A DNA stretch of 63,691 bases, the filler included, from Octopus bimaculoides (taxonomy: Eukaryota), in assembly GCF_001194135.2 (NCBI RefSeq). It is 5 parts of 5 records of this genome, joined end to end, with 100 filler letters (N's around TTAATTAATTAA, not from the genome) between each part and the next. Parts side by side here need not be neighbours in the genome. Positions count along the whole stretch, not along the records: positions 27,475 to 47,501 come from NC_068990.1; positions 47,602 to 56,964 come from NC_068989.1; 3 more parts are not named here. One strand, 5' to 3'. This document shows, in pieces, positions 37,982-50,329 of the stretch. The translations under genes and the position numbers were made by a program. Position 1 is the stretch's first letter. The number at the start of each line of letters is the position of its first letter. The notes beneath the pieces are model-generated. The model worked only from the letters and a program-made list of their open reading frames with translations. It was not told where the DNA came from and did not search any database.

Positions 37982-38863
37982 CAAAGGAAATGATCAAAGA
38001 AATTCACATTTTAGAACGTAATGGCAATGGTAAGCAGAAGATGATAAATTGAGAAAGTTTCCATACAAATCGGACAACATGATACATCTAACAGTATTTT
38101 AAAAGACGATGTCAGGTTCCTTTTGAACATCCGTAAAATATAACACGTTGAATAGTTTGTAAGTATCTGTTCCTATGCATAAATGCATACACAAACACAT
38201 ACATACACATAGATACACAAATATATGTATATAGACACAGAAGCAGAAAAACGAAGGGAGACAGGGGGAGAGAGAGAAACAGAGAAACATTCACAGTTAG
38301 TGCTTTTATATGTTAAAACTCAAAGGAGGAACGGTATAAAATGAAAATTATCGAGGAAACGTATTACGTTTCGGACGCAGTTTCTTCGTCGGGTCTAGAA
38401 AAGAAGAGAAATAACGAGGTAAAAATATATATGAAGAAAAGAACGAAAGCCAAGAATAAACGTATGCGTGTAATCTAAATGACTGTTTTGATGAAATAAA
38501 ATATATAATTATTTGTATAACATGTATATCTGAATATATATAAGTTTCTAAGTATGTATGTAGTTATATATGTATGTGTGCATATATATATATATATATA
38601 TGTGTGTGTGTTTTGTATGTGTATGCATACAAATACATACACACGCATATATAGGCATGTAATATACATTTTTCTATATATAGCTACTTCCTCTGCTCTT
38701 CACTGGTTGATCTTGATTGAAACATGGTTGACTTCTACAAGGTCTGGCATTTTCATGGGATTCTGTTTGTTTAGTGTAGCTCTATTGAAGTTAGAGACAA
38801 TGGATTTATTTTCATGCAGATATGTGCTAAGCAAAGACACATACACTCAATATACGCATGTAT

Positions 38864-38935
<72 letters not shown>

Positions 38936-40885
38936 NNNNNNNNNNNNNNNNNNNNNNNNNNNNNNNNNNNNNNNNNNNNNNNNNNNNNNNNNNNNNNNNN
39001 NNNNNNNNNNNNNNNNNNNNNNNNNNNNNNNNNNNNNNNNNNNNNNNNNNNNNNNNNNNNNNNNNNNNNNNNNNNNNNNNNNNNNNNNNNNNNNNNNNNN
39101 NNNNNNNNNNNNNNNNNNNNNNNNNNNNNNNNNNNNNNNNNNNNNNNNNNNNNNNNNNNNNNNNNNNNNNNNNNNNNNNNNNNNNNNNNNNNNNNNNNNN
39201 NNNNNNNNNNNNNNNNNNNNNNNNNNNNNNNNNNNNNNNNNNNNNNNNNNNNNNNNNNNNNNNNNNNNNNNNNNNNNNNNNNNNNNNNNNNNNNNNNNNN
39301 NNNNNNNNNNNNNNNNNNNNNNNNNNNNNNNNNNNNNNNNNNNNNNNNNNNNNNNNNNNNNNNNNNNNNNNNNNNNNNNNNNNNNNNNNNNNNNNNNNNN
39401 NNNNNNNNNNNNNNNNNNNNNNNNNNNNNNNNNNNNNNNNNNNNNNNNNNNNNNNNNNNNNNNNNNNNNNNNNNNNNNNNNNNNNNNNNNNNNNNNNNNN
39501 NNNNNNNNNNNNNNNNNNNNNNNNNNNNNNNNNNNNNNNNNNNNNNNNNNNNNNNNNNNNNNNNNNNNNNNNNNNNNNNGAAGAGAGAGCGATACAGAAG
39601 AGAGGGACAGTGAGACAATTATACAGATATACGTTAAATATAACGTCTCGGGTTGGAGGGTTTCATATACAATTTATAAATATATACTGACAATATTAAA
39701 AATAAGGATTACTCCGAAGTAGCAACAGCATTACTTTTAATACAATTATATATTGCTTTTAAACCCAACACACGTTTCAATAGGACCGATTAGTAATCGT
39801 TGCAATTGCAACCCTACTATATTTATGCATGTATGCATGCATGCATGTATGTATGTATGTATGCATGCATGCATGCATGCATGCATGGGTGAATTTACGA
39901 AAAAACAATAGACGAAGGCAGGTGGTGTAAACAACAAATGGATGTATTAGTTTAACGCTCGGGAATAGAGAAAGTCTTTGACGTTTCGAGGTACGCTCTT
40001 CAAATGAAAGGAACACAGAAAGAAATAAGGAGAGAAACACGGAGAAAAAAGTATAAATGTAATGGTCAGCGATCTATCATGGCAAATGTATGCATGTATG
40101 TATGTCTGTCTGTATATATGTACACGTGTAAAGAGTAAGAAAGCAAAAACTGACGATAAATAACTAAGTATAAATATCTATATATTTATATATTAATNNN
40201 NNNNNNNNNNNNNNNNNNNNNNNNNNNNNNNNNNNNNNNNNNNNNNNNNNNNNNNNNNNNNNNNNNNNNNNNNNNNNNNNNNNNNNNNNNNNNNNNNNNN
40301 NNNNNNNNNNNNNNNNNNNNNNNNNNNNNNNNNNNNNNNNNNNNNNNNNNNNNNNNNNNNNNNNNNNNNNNNNNNNNNNNNNNNNNNNNNNNNNNNNNNN
40401 NNNNNNNNNNNNNNNNNNNNNNNNNNNNNNNNNNNNNNNNNNNNNNNNNNNNNNNNNNNNNNNNNNNNNNNNNNNNNNNNNNNNNNNNNNNNNNNNNNNN
40501 NNNNNNNNNNNNNNNNNNNNNNNNNNNNNNNNNNNNNNNNNNNNNNNNNNNNNNNNNNNNNNNNNNNNNNNNNNNNNNNNNNNNNNNNNNNNNNNNNNNN
40601 NNNNNNNNNNNNNNNNNNNNNNNNNNNNNNNNNNNNNNNNNNNNNNNNNNNNNNNNNNNNNNNNNNNNNNNNNNNNNNNNNNNNNNNNNNNNNNNNNNNN
40701 NNNNNNNNNNNNNNNNNNNNNNNNNNNNNNNNNNNNNNNNNNNNNNNNNNNNNNNNNNNNNNNNNNNNNNNNNNNNNNNNNNNNNNNNNNNNNNNNNNNN
40801 NNNNNNNNNNNNNNNNNNNNNNNNNNNNNNNNNNNNNNNNNNNNNNNNNNNNNNNNTATATATATACGAACTTGTTTTATTGGCT

Positions 40886-40929
<44 letters not shown>

Positions 40930-41803
40930 TATCCATCTACGCTAGTGTAAACATGCATATATACAAAAATGTATATATACATATTTGTAGGTGTTGCTAT
41001 AGATGTATACATATATATAATTATATTTTATACATCTATACATGTATATACGCATACATCGATGCCGATAGATACATACATTAATGTAAAGAAAGCGATG
41101 CAGATACATACACACATACACACACACATGTATACATATATGTATATGTATGTATCTATGTATGTATGCATGGCATACATTAAGACAACACAAAATTATA
41201 TTCCATATCGATCAATCTACAATGTTTCTATATTATGTTATAGTTTCTATTTTTGTTTTATTTTACAATTTTTATATCGATTAATGTCATCTGAATCCTT
41301 TTCCATTAAAAGTCGGAGATAAATTGCCAAGTTACATCTTTGAGCAATGCTCATCTAATCAGATATAGCATTCCAGCTGACCTGGTGTGAGGCGTAGCAG
41401 AGTTCGTGTAGTATAGCCGTCTCGATGCTGGCTGGGACAGACAATGATGCCAAATGAATGGAAACACTTTGATAGAACACATAGCCAGATATTACCTGAT
41501 TTCAATATATATAGATATGTGTGGTTGTGGGCTGTGTCTATAAATGTGTTTGTGGGTGCGTGTTGGGAAAGGTGTTTCTGGGTGTTTAAATGTATATATT
41601 ATTGTATGAGCGTACATGTGTATGTATGTGTATGTATAACAGCATGTGCATCAATGAGGAACTTCATGGTATATGTTTTAGGTATAAAAATATAGCTTGC
41701 TTACACATCAGACTGTGTATATGTAATTTGTAATATTCTTTCATGCTATATATAAAGATAGATTAATAGATTGACAGATAAACAGATAGAGAGACAGAAA
41801 GGC

Positions 41804-41805
<2 letters not shown>

Positions 41806-41885
<80 letters not shown>
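41806..41885. repeat. (GATA)n
   Basis: Direct reading. Confidence 0.95.
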
Positions 41886-41886
<1 letters not shown>

Positions 41887-42054
41887 CTTTCATATATATT
41901 GATATATGGATGGATATATATATATATATTCGGTGGAGAGATATATGAACAGATAAAGGAATGGAGCAAGAACTATTGGCGTATATTTACAAGCAATTGG
42001 CTCTATGTGAATCAGATGTCAGATATTGAGAGATGAAAAACTTTTGCATATATG

Positions 42055-42127
<73 letters not shown>

Positions 42128-42207
42128 ACATACACACACCGATATGTATGTATATATAAAGTNNNNNNNNNNNNNNNNNNNNNNNNNNNNNNNNNNNNNN
42201 NNNNNNN

Positions 42208-42270
<63 letters not shown>

Positions 42271-43113
42271 TAACACCAAAAAGGAAGTCTATTCATGATT
42301 TATCAACTACGTACGTTTCGAATAGAATAGATGATCTCAAAATGCTTAAATGCAACATTTATGCGCATTAAATCGATACAATATTTGATTTATTAAAATT
42401 GCTACAATGAGGAATTACGTCTAATATTCCATTTTACGTTAGACTACTATATGCTTTTATAAATAATTGTATTGCAAATTAAGTTGAGATAGATCAGATA
42501 GAACAATTTAAAAATATAAAATGAACTCTAAACATTAGCGACTAAATTAGATCTGTGGCTACTTACTCTGATACAAGTCATTTACTTAGATTCAGAAGTA
42601 TACATTAAGCAAGTTAATCCTACGAAGTATACACTATATTGTTAAATGAAAATAAAAAGCTTTCAAATTAACGATTAAGGTATAAAAACCAAAAACTTTA
42701 GAAATATTTTCTTTAATGCCATTAAAAAATAATAACTGCAAAACTCTTTTTAAAAAAGAATTAACATACTAACAAATAAAGTACTTTAAAATATTAGCAG
42801 AAATTTTAATGCAGACAGACAGATGTTATCGATAAAACTTGAATTCCTTTTGACTTTAACACATCTCTGTTAATGAACTGGACAAAAAAAAAAAAAAAAA
42901 AAAAAAACAGGAGAAGTAGGAATTAAGTACTGATGTTTTGAATCGGTCTAACTGTCTGACATACTAGCATGAAGTGCATATTAAATTACAATTCTATCTT
43001 CCGGAGTAGGTTTACAAAGAATACCTCCCTAATACAGCTCTATATTTAAGAAATGAGGAATCATGTACATTATGTACATTTGACGGATATTTGTCCTCAT
43101 CTTGTTTGTTGTT

Positions 43114-43155
43114 AACAAAACGTTTCGGCTGATATACCAGCCTTCATCAGGTATT
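43114..43155 (-). ncRNA. Minimal type-I hammerhead ribozyme motif in the PLE terminal repeat
   Basis: AATAC-CTGATGA-A-GGCTG-GTATAT-CAGCC-GAAA-CGTT^TTGTT: intact core, 5-bp stem II, palindromic ACGT stem III, one mismatch at the first pair of stem I. Confidence 0.7.
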
Positions 43156-43200
43156 TTGGGGAAATTTCGAACCTGGGTTCTCATTTCCAAGGTATTTTTC

Positions 43201-43256
43201 GAATCTTGGGTTTAGTAGCCCGCGCTCTTAACCAATACACCATATGCCCGTGGGCA
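43201..43256 (-). mobile_element. tRNA-like SINE head fragment inside the PLE 3' region
   Basis: Minus strand GGGCATATGGTGTATTGGTTAAGAGCGCGGGCTACTAAACCCAAGATTC (A-box plus anticodon-arm-like stretch), truncated. Confidence 0.55.
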
Positions 43257-44084
43257 ATTATGAAGTGAATTTTAAGGCTTATAAATCTAATATTTTCCTA
43301 TCCTTCTATAATACCGGTTCCCATATGCTATTCATATCTGCACTCGGTCTACTTAGGAGGTTATTTTGTCCTAGCATATGTGCTGCTTCTTTTAGTTTCT
43401 ATTTTTTTTTCCAGTGGTGTTCTTTGTCTATCATTTTAACTTCATCCAACAGGTGGAGGTGGTCTCAAGACACAGGGTATATCAGCCGAAACGTTGTGTT
43501 AACAACAAACAAGACGAAGACGAATATCCGTCAAAAGTAAATAATGTAAACAAAGAGTTATTAGCAATTAAAGTTTGAAAATTTTAGTACTGTACCCATT
43601 TATGCATGTATGTATACATATAGATGTAGGTATGTACATATATGTATGGATATATGCATATATTTATATATTATTTATATTATTATATGATCGAACGCCA
43701 CGCATCCTTTTCCGAGTAAGTTATGTATGTATATATNNNNNNNNNNNNNNNNNNNNNNNNNNNNNNNNNNNNNNNNNNNNNNNNNNNNNNNNNNNNNNNN
43801 NNNNNNNNNNNNNNNNNNNNNNNNNNNNNNNNNNNNNNNNNNNNNNNNNNNNNNNNNNNNNNNNNNNNNNNNNNNNNNNNNNNNNNNNNNNNNNNNNNNN
43901 NNNNNNNNNNNNNNNNNNNNNNNNNNNNNNNNNNNNNNNNNNNNNNNNNNNNNNNNNNNNNNNNNNNNNNNNNNNNNNNNNNNNNNNNNNNNNNNNNNGT
44001 GTGTGTGTGTGTGTGTGTGTGTGTGCTTGTGTCTGTGTCTGTGTCTGCGTAAATTTCCGTGACTCATATGATGATAAAAATTAA

Positions 44085-44175
44085 TTCATCTTTAGCGAAG
44101 AAATAATCATCTTAGAAGCAAGATCAGAACTAATTTCTACTTGCCATCATCAATACAAAGTCAATTTTTGAGGTT
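44085..44175 (+). mobile_element. Possible PLE endonuclease C-terminal remnant
   Basis: EIIILEARSELISTCHHQYKVNF* resembles the LN.RSEL.S.CRH..K tail of some GIY-YIG PLEs; short match only. Confidence 0.3.
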
Positions 44176-44468
44176 CTACGATGCTATCAAGTCAGAAGTA
44201 TTGTAAAGAGGCGTTAATCCAGTAAGACCACAGTCCACCATACTGCACACGAGCTGAAAAGTAAGAATGAGGATGCCGATAAGAAGAGAATGTGAGTGAA
44301 TCTACCCACACATAAAAACGTTTGAGGAATTCTCCGAGAATAGATATAAGAAATATCGACTGAAGCGCAGCTCAGAAATAATTGTTATTTAGAATGAAAA
44401 TCAAATATGAATAGAACAATGTACCACACAATTTTACTTATTAATCGTTCACTGATGTACGAATTATA

Positions 44469-45712
44469 TTGGGTCATTCCATAAATAATGCGGTGTTTTC
44501 AATTGCAGGAACAAAAAGTCGCGGGGTGGGGGTGGGTAAACTACCTGTATCAACTTGCTTTAAAAGCAGGTAGTAATTTTACCTTGTACTTATTCTTTGT
44601 GCAAATTTTGAAGAATGCAGTTCGATTTTAACAGTTATTTTTTCAAAGCTATAATTGAAGTGCCAAAGGAGCATATTCGGCATATGTTGCTTTATGAGTC
44701 CAATGAAGGCAACAACGCAACGGAAAGAGCGAGGAATATTAACGTAGTATATGGGAGTCAGACAATAAGCATAAGCCAGTGCCAATGGTGATTCTAGAAA
44801 TTCCAAGCTGGAAACTACAGCCTAGAAGACGAGCTTCGTCCTGAAAAATCTATAGAGCTCGACGCGGAAGTCCTACCCTGGTAGAACAAAATCCCATCGT
44901 AACTGTTGAGGAACTAATAGAGAAGCTTGGATTTGGTCTTTCAACTATTCATCGACACCTGCATGCCATCGAAAAAGTCAGCAAATTTGGTCAATGGGTT
45001 CCTCACAAAATTTCCGAGTCTAATCGCTCACAAAGAGTGAATGTGTGCTCTTCTTTGTTGTCACATCTCATGAATGAAGTTTTTTTGGACCGAATAGTGA
45101 CTGGTGACGTGAACTGAGTTCTCTATAAAAATATCAAGCGCCGAAGACAGAGGGCAGGGAAAGAAAAAACACCGGCACCCCAGGCTAAAGAAGGTCTTCA
45201 CTCATGCAAGGTGCTAACTGTTTTGGTGGGATATGAAAGTCCATTTTGAACTTTTAAACTCAAACCAAACGATAAGAAATGAGATCTACTGCGAGCAGCT
45301 TGACCAGCTTAAGTCAGCATTTGAAGAAAAGCGACCATCTCTGGTTTCAAGATGAACGAGGTTTTCCCTCAGGATAATGCTCGACAACATACAGCGAGGA
45401 TGACATTTCAACGGTTGGAGCAGTTCGAATGGGAAACGATGCTCCCCATCAATTTATTCCGCAGTTATCAAAATCGTTTGGACAGAAAAAATATGAATTC
45501 TGTAGACACGGTCAGAACAGTACTGGAGGGGGACTTTTCGTCACGGACAAGTGAATTTTGGAAGAGGGACCTTGCAAGTCTACCAGATAGATGGTAGAGC
45601 ATTGTAGCAAATGACGGAGAATAAATTTTAGATTAAAAAGAACTTTGTTAATCTTAATTGTCAATAATAAAAGAAGTATAAAAAAACCCGCATTATTAAT
45701 GGGATGACCCAA
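44469..45712 (+). mobile_element. Full-length decayed mariner element with matched TIRs and TA duplication
   Basis: TA-TTGGGTCATTCCATAAATAATGCGG ... CCGCATTATTAATGGGATGACCCAA-TA. Fragments EVPKEHIRHMLLYE, QWVPHK, DRIVTGD and QDNARQH are present; the SPDLAP region is missing. Confidence 0.93.
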
Positions 45713-46052
45713 TATATACATTCGATAAAATAATTAGTCATCGTTTCAGTTATAATTGTTGTTGTTGTTGTTTAAACCTAAGCAACACTTTACCAATTAT
45801 AGCTATGACCAAAGTCCCACTATTTATAATTTTCCCACTTTTCTCTTCTAAAATTTTCTGCAGTAAGTCCTTCTTGAATATGTTCACCTTGTTTTAAAAC
45901 GGCAGAGAGCAGAAGAATTCGCTGCTATTTCTAGCAGGATCGACCCACGCCGTTAGAGCACGCAGGTTAATTCAATTTTATATGTAATGCATATGTAATA
46001 TGAGAGCGTCCGAGTGTATCGATGTGATGTCTATGTGTGTTTCTGTGTGTGT

Positions 46053-46089
<37 letters not shown>

Positions 46090-46846
46090 CGTGTGTGTGT
46101 ATGTCTGTGTCTGTGTGAATGTGCGTGTATGTATATTTGCACACAGAAACATTAATATATTATACGTGGGTGTGTGTACCTGTGCATATATATATATATN
46201 NNNNNNNNNNNNNNNNNNNNNNNNNNNNNNNNNNNNNNNNNNNNNNNNNNNNNNNNNNNNNNNNNNNNNNNNNNNNNNNNNNNNNNNNNNNNNNNNNNNN
46301 NNNNNNNNNNNNNNNNNNNNNNNNNNNNNNNNNNNNNNNNNNNNNNNNNNNNNNNNNNNNNNNNNNNNNNNNNNNNNNNNNNNNNNNNNNNNNNNNNNNN
46401 NNNNNNNNNNNNNNNNNNNNNNNNNNNNNNNNNNNNNNNNNNNNNNNNNNNNNNNNNNNNNNNNNNNNNNNNNNNNNNNNNNNNNNNNNNNNNNNNNNNN
46501 NNNNNNNNNNNNNNNNNNNNNNNNNNNNNNNNNNNNNNNNNNNNNNNNNNNNNNNNNNNNNNNNNNNNNNNNNNNNNNNNNNNNNNNNNNNNNNNNNNNN
46601 NNNNNNNNNNNNNNNNNNNNNNNNNNNNNNNNNNNNNNNNNNNNNNNNNNNNNNNNNNNNNNNNNNNNNNNNNNNNNNNNNNNNNNNNNNNNNNNNNNNN
46701 NNNNNNNNNNNNNNNNNNNNNNNNNNNNNNNNNNNNNNNNNNNNNNNNNNNNNNNNNNNNNNNNNNNNNNNNNNNNNNNNNNNNNNNNNNNNNNNNNNNN
46801 NNNNNNNNNNNNNNNNNNNNNNNNNNNNNNNNNNNNNNNNNNNNNN

Positions 46847-46877
<31 letters not shown>

Positions 46878-47501
46878 TTGTATAAGGTTGATAGAGCAAG
46901 TAGGATAAATAAAACTCATACATAAACATTTATATGTTACTTTTTATTATTTTTGTACGTTATTATTTACTCCTGTAACATTCTGGTGATTAAAAATGAT
47001 AAAAATAAAAAAAATAAACAATTCTGTATACACTTTCACATTAGTGTCTGTATGATTGCTACGATGCATTATGAAACTTTACAATGATATCATGAAACAT
47101 AAGTCTGTTAGGTGGATGCATATGAGAATACTTTTTTTAAGTGGCTGTGTGAATGTACGCTTTGGTAAGTGTGCGTTAGACTCCTTATAATATATTGACC
47201 TTAACTTCTACACCGCCCATACGCTCAGGATACTGATGTTACTGTATAGAGAGTAGAGGAACGACAGTTTCATCTTAATGAACATGTCACTACTTGACCA
47301 CGCCCATATGTATATTTGTACATCAGTGCATGCAGTGGTAACGTGTCTATGAATATAAAGACAATAACACACACATATATATATACGCATTTGTGTGTGT
47401 ATGTGTGTGTGTTTGTGCGTGTCTGTGTGTGAGTTTGTGTACATGCATCTAAATGAACAGGGATATAAATATGTTTGCATACATATATATATATATATAT
47501 A

Positions 47502-47601
47502 NNNNNNNNNNNNNNNNNNNNNNNNNNNNNNNNNNNNNNNNNNNNTTAATTAATTAANNNNNNNNNNNNNNNNNNNNNNNNNNNNNNNNNNNNNNNNNNN
47601 N
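47502..47601. other. Artificial scaffold linker N44-TTAATTAATTAA-N44
   Basis: Same 100-bp structure; 12-mer at 47546-47557. Confidence 0.95.
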
Positions 47602-47636
<35 letters not shown>

Positions 47637-47989
47637 CTAAGTATCTCTAAAGTAGACTACAGCAGCGGTACTAGATATTGATAGTTATCACCAAGCTAAT
47701 ATGGCAGTCCAAAAATAGGACGAATGCTGCCGTTCATTAGCTCCAAGAGGCTATCGTCTCTAGCTAGCTAGGTGACACACGAACCTGTGGCCATTATAAC
47801 CTTCGAACTGGTGAGGTCAGCCGCTTCCCCTTGCTGGGGAATCTCGTTGGAGACTTAATTGTAGTTAAAATTAGTAGTTTTAACTGGTATTCCTAAATTT
47901 TCGGTATGTTGGTGAAGCAACTTTTGCTGATCCCTATATTATGTTTTATATATATATATACATTATATATTTATATTTTTTATGTGATA

Positions 47990-48355
47990 CTCCGTTGGTT
48001 GCAACAACGAGGGTTCCAGTTCATCCGATCAACGGAACAGCCTGCTCGTGAAACTAACGTACAAATGGCTGAGCATTCCACAGACACGTGTACCCTTAAC
48101 GTAGTTCTCGGGGTGATTCAGCGTGACAGAGACTGTGACAAAGTTGGCCCTACATTTCAAAGGAAACAGGAAGAAAGACTGTGAGAATTTGTGGTGAAAG
48201 TGTACAGCAGGGTTCACCACCGCCTCCTGCCGGATCCTCGTGGAACTTTAAGTATTTTAGCTCGATAAACAGTCAAAACGCCCGGTCTTGGAATCGAAAC
48301 CGCGATCCTACTACCGCTAGTCCACTGCCCTAACCACTGGACCATTGTGCCCCCA
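47990..48355 (-). mobile_element. tRNA-head SINE family D
   Basis: Colinear with 33977-34362. Confidence 0.88.
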
Positions 48356-48380
48356 CATATTTTCATATAATATATATGTA

Positions 48381-48485
<105 letters not shown>

Positions 48486-49102
48486 CTTTTATCACATCAA
48501 TCATTTGAAAATACTTAAGTACTGTCAGCTTAGTTAAATATAGAAGGCGGTTTTGAGTTTTTATCTATAAAGGAGGTTCATAAACTAACCTTCAATTATC
48601 GAAATAAACAAATAACGAAATAAATGAATGGATAAATAAATAAATAAAAACTTTCCTTTGTATTCCTTAAACGTTTGTTAATAAAATCCAGCACGAAATG
48701 AGTTGAATGTAGTAAACGAATATATTCTGAAAAATTCCACGAATTTCCTAATGATTGAAGCATTCTTTTTCAACAACACTATCGCAGTAATGAAATGATT
48801 TGCCAACATAAAATAATAGAAAATGCAATTTAATCCGGTTTGATACAAAAGTATCATTTTATCTCTTGATAACTAAATCTCTCCTTCAAAAATGCTCAAG
48901 TATTTCGCTAGAAATTCATTAGAATTAATGGCATCGGCATGGCTATAACAACGCATGTTAGGACGTCTCTCCAGATAGATTCTCCTGGATTATAACTGTT
49001 GAGAAAGACCAAACTGAGGAGATTTATGATCAATTGCATTGAACACTTGGTCTTACCTGATTTTCTGTCTTTTTTTTTTTTTACTTTAAATTTGATTTCA
49101 TG

Positions 49103-49252
49103 CGTAGGCGTAGCTGAGTGGTTGAAAAACTTGCTTTTCCAACCTTGTGCTGTTGATGTAAGTCTTCATATGCAGCAATTTGGGTACGTGACTTCTACTT
49201 TGGCTGCGGGCCAACCAAAGCCTTCTCAGTCAATTAGTGTGAGTGTGCGTGC

Positions 49253-49341
<89 letters not shown>

Positions 49342-49540
49342 TGCGTCTTTGTGTTTCTCCTTTTGATAACGGGTGTTGGGTTATTTATGTCCCAATAACT
49401 GAGTGAATCTGCAAAAGAGACCGATACGATAAGTAACAGACGTTCAAAAATAAATACTAGAATCGATTTATTTTGCGACTAATCGCTTCAATGCGGTGCC
49501 CCAGCATGACCGCAGTTCAGTGACTGAAGCATGGAAAAGA
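49103..49540 (+). mobile_element. SINE family B, diverged, with internal (TG)n
   Basis: Head, microsatellite and 3' half all recognisable. Confidence 0.75.
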
Positions 49541-49854
49541 ATATAAAAGACAGAAAGATAGACTACTTCGTTTTCCATTTGAAAGAGTACTCGTGTTAAA
49601 GAAGATCATTATACTTTTCATTATACTTTTCATGTTTAATTTCACTTCTCTATTATGTGTTTGTCAAATTGGAGGACTATTTAATTGTCTATTTAATCAA
49701 CCAATCATCGAACCATGTCAAAGTCATTTTGTCACCGCTCACAACGCCATCTGCCTCTCTCAAAAACAGACAGACTTGAAATCGACCTGGAATAGAGAAA
49801 GCATATCATTGCTCAAATAGCACCAGTGCCTGTTTTCATTATTGACTTAATGAA

Positions 49855-50001
49855 GGCGGCGAACTGGCAGAAACGTTACCACGCCGGGCGAAATGCTTAG
49901 CGGTATTTCGTCTGCCGTTACGTTCTGAGCTCAAATTCCGCTGAGGTCGACTTTGCCTTTCATGCTTTCGGGGTCGATAAATTAAGTACCAGTTACGCAG
50001 C
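49855..50001 (+). mobile_element. SINE family A
   Basis: GGCGGCGAACTGGCAGAAACGTT...GAGCTCAAATTCCGCTGAGGTCGACTTTGCC... Confidence 0.88.
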
Positions 50002-50329
50002 AGTAATTGTTGTTGTTGGTGGTGGTGCTGTTGCGTTCGTTAAGGCTAGACATTGAGTTCAAGAAGCAGGTTTACATATTCGGTTCACGGGTGGCTTGGA
50101 AGATGAATGTGAAGAAAATTCTTTCCGTAGTTATAAATAAACCCGTAGAAGGCAGCAAGAAACCACGTGGTTCTGCAGACTATGGTTTGTAGATCCATGA
50201 TCGTCATCAACTGTAATTATGGCATAGGCAGAAAGAGAACATATGGGGTGAACATATCACATTCCTGATGTAAATTAGTCGCGTGGCAGGAGATAACCCC
50301 ACATCCCCGCCCAATATTTTTTACGTAGA

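Larger units (their letters stand above)
43005..43548 (-). mobile_element. 5'-truncated Penelope-like element: GIY-YIG C-terminus, 3' terminal repeat, inverted cap
   Basis: Minus strand about 43465-43295 reads DEVKMIDKEHHWKK/RKLKEAAHMLGQNNLLSRPSADMNSIWEPVL (R.IKEA.HI...W.P.L pattern); 73-bp inverted arms at 43066-43138 and 43476-43548. Confidence 0.85.

Noticed and set aside
38355-38395. CCGACGAAG...TCCGAAACGTA on the minus strand
   Set aside because: The core is mutated, and stems I and II do not pair.
41382-41431. GC-rich 46-50 nt minus-strand exon-like block with CAG|gtcagc donor
   Set aside because: Too short to assess, two frames are open, and it lies across an artificial join in a different CpG regime from the other candidates.
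42886-42908. A23 tract as a retrocopy tail
   Set aside because: No recognisable element or coding sequence upstream, and no TSD seen.
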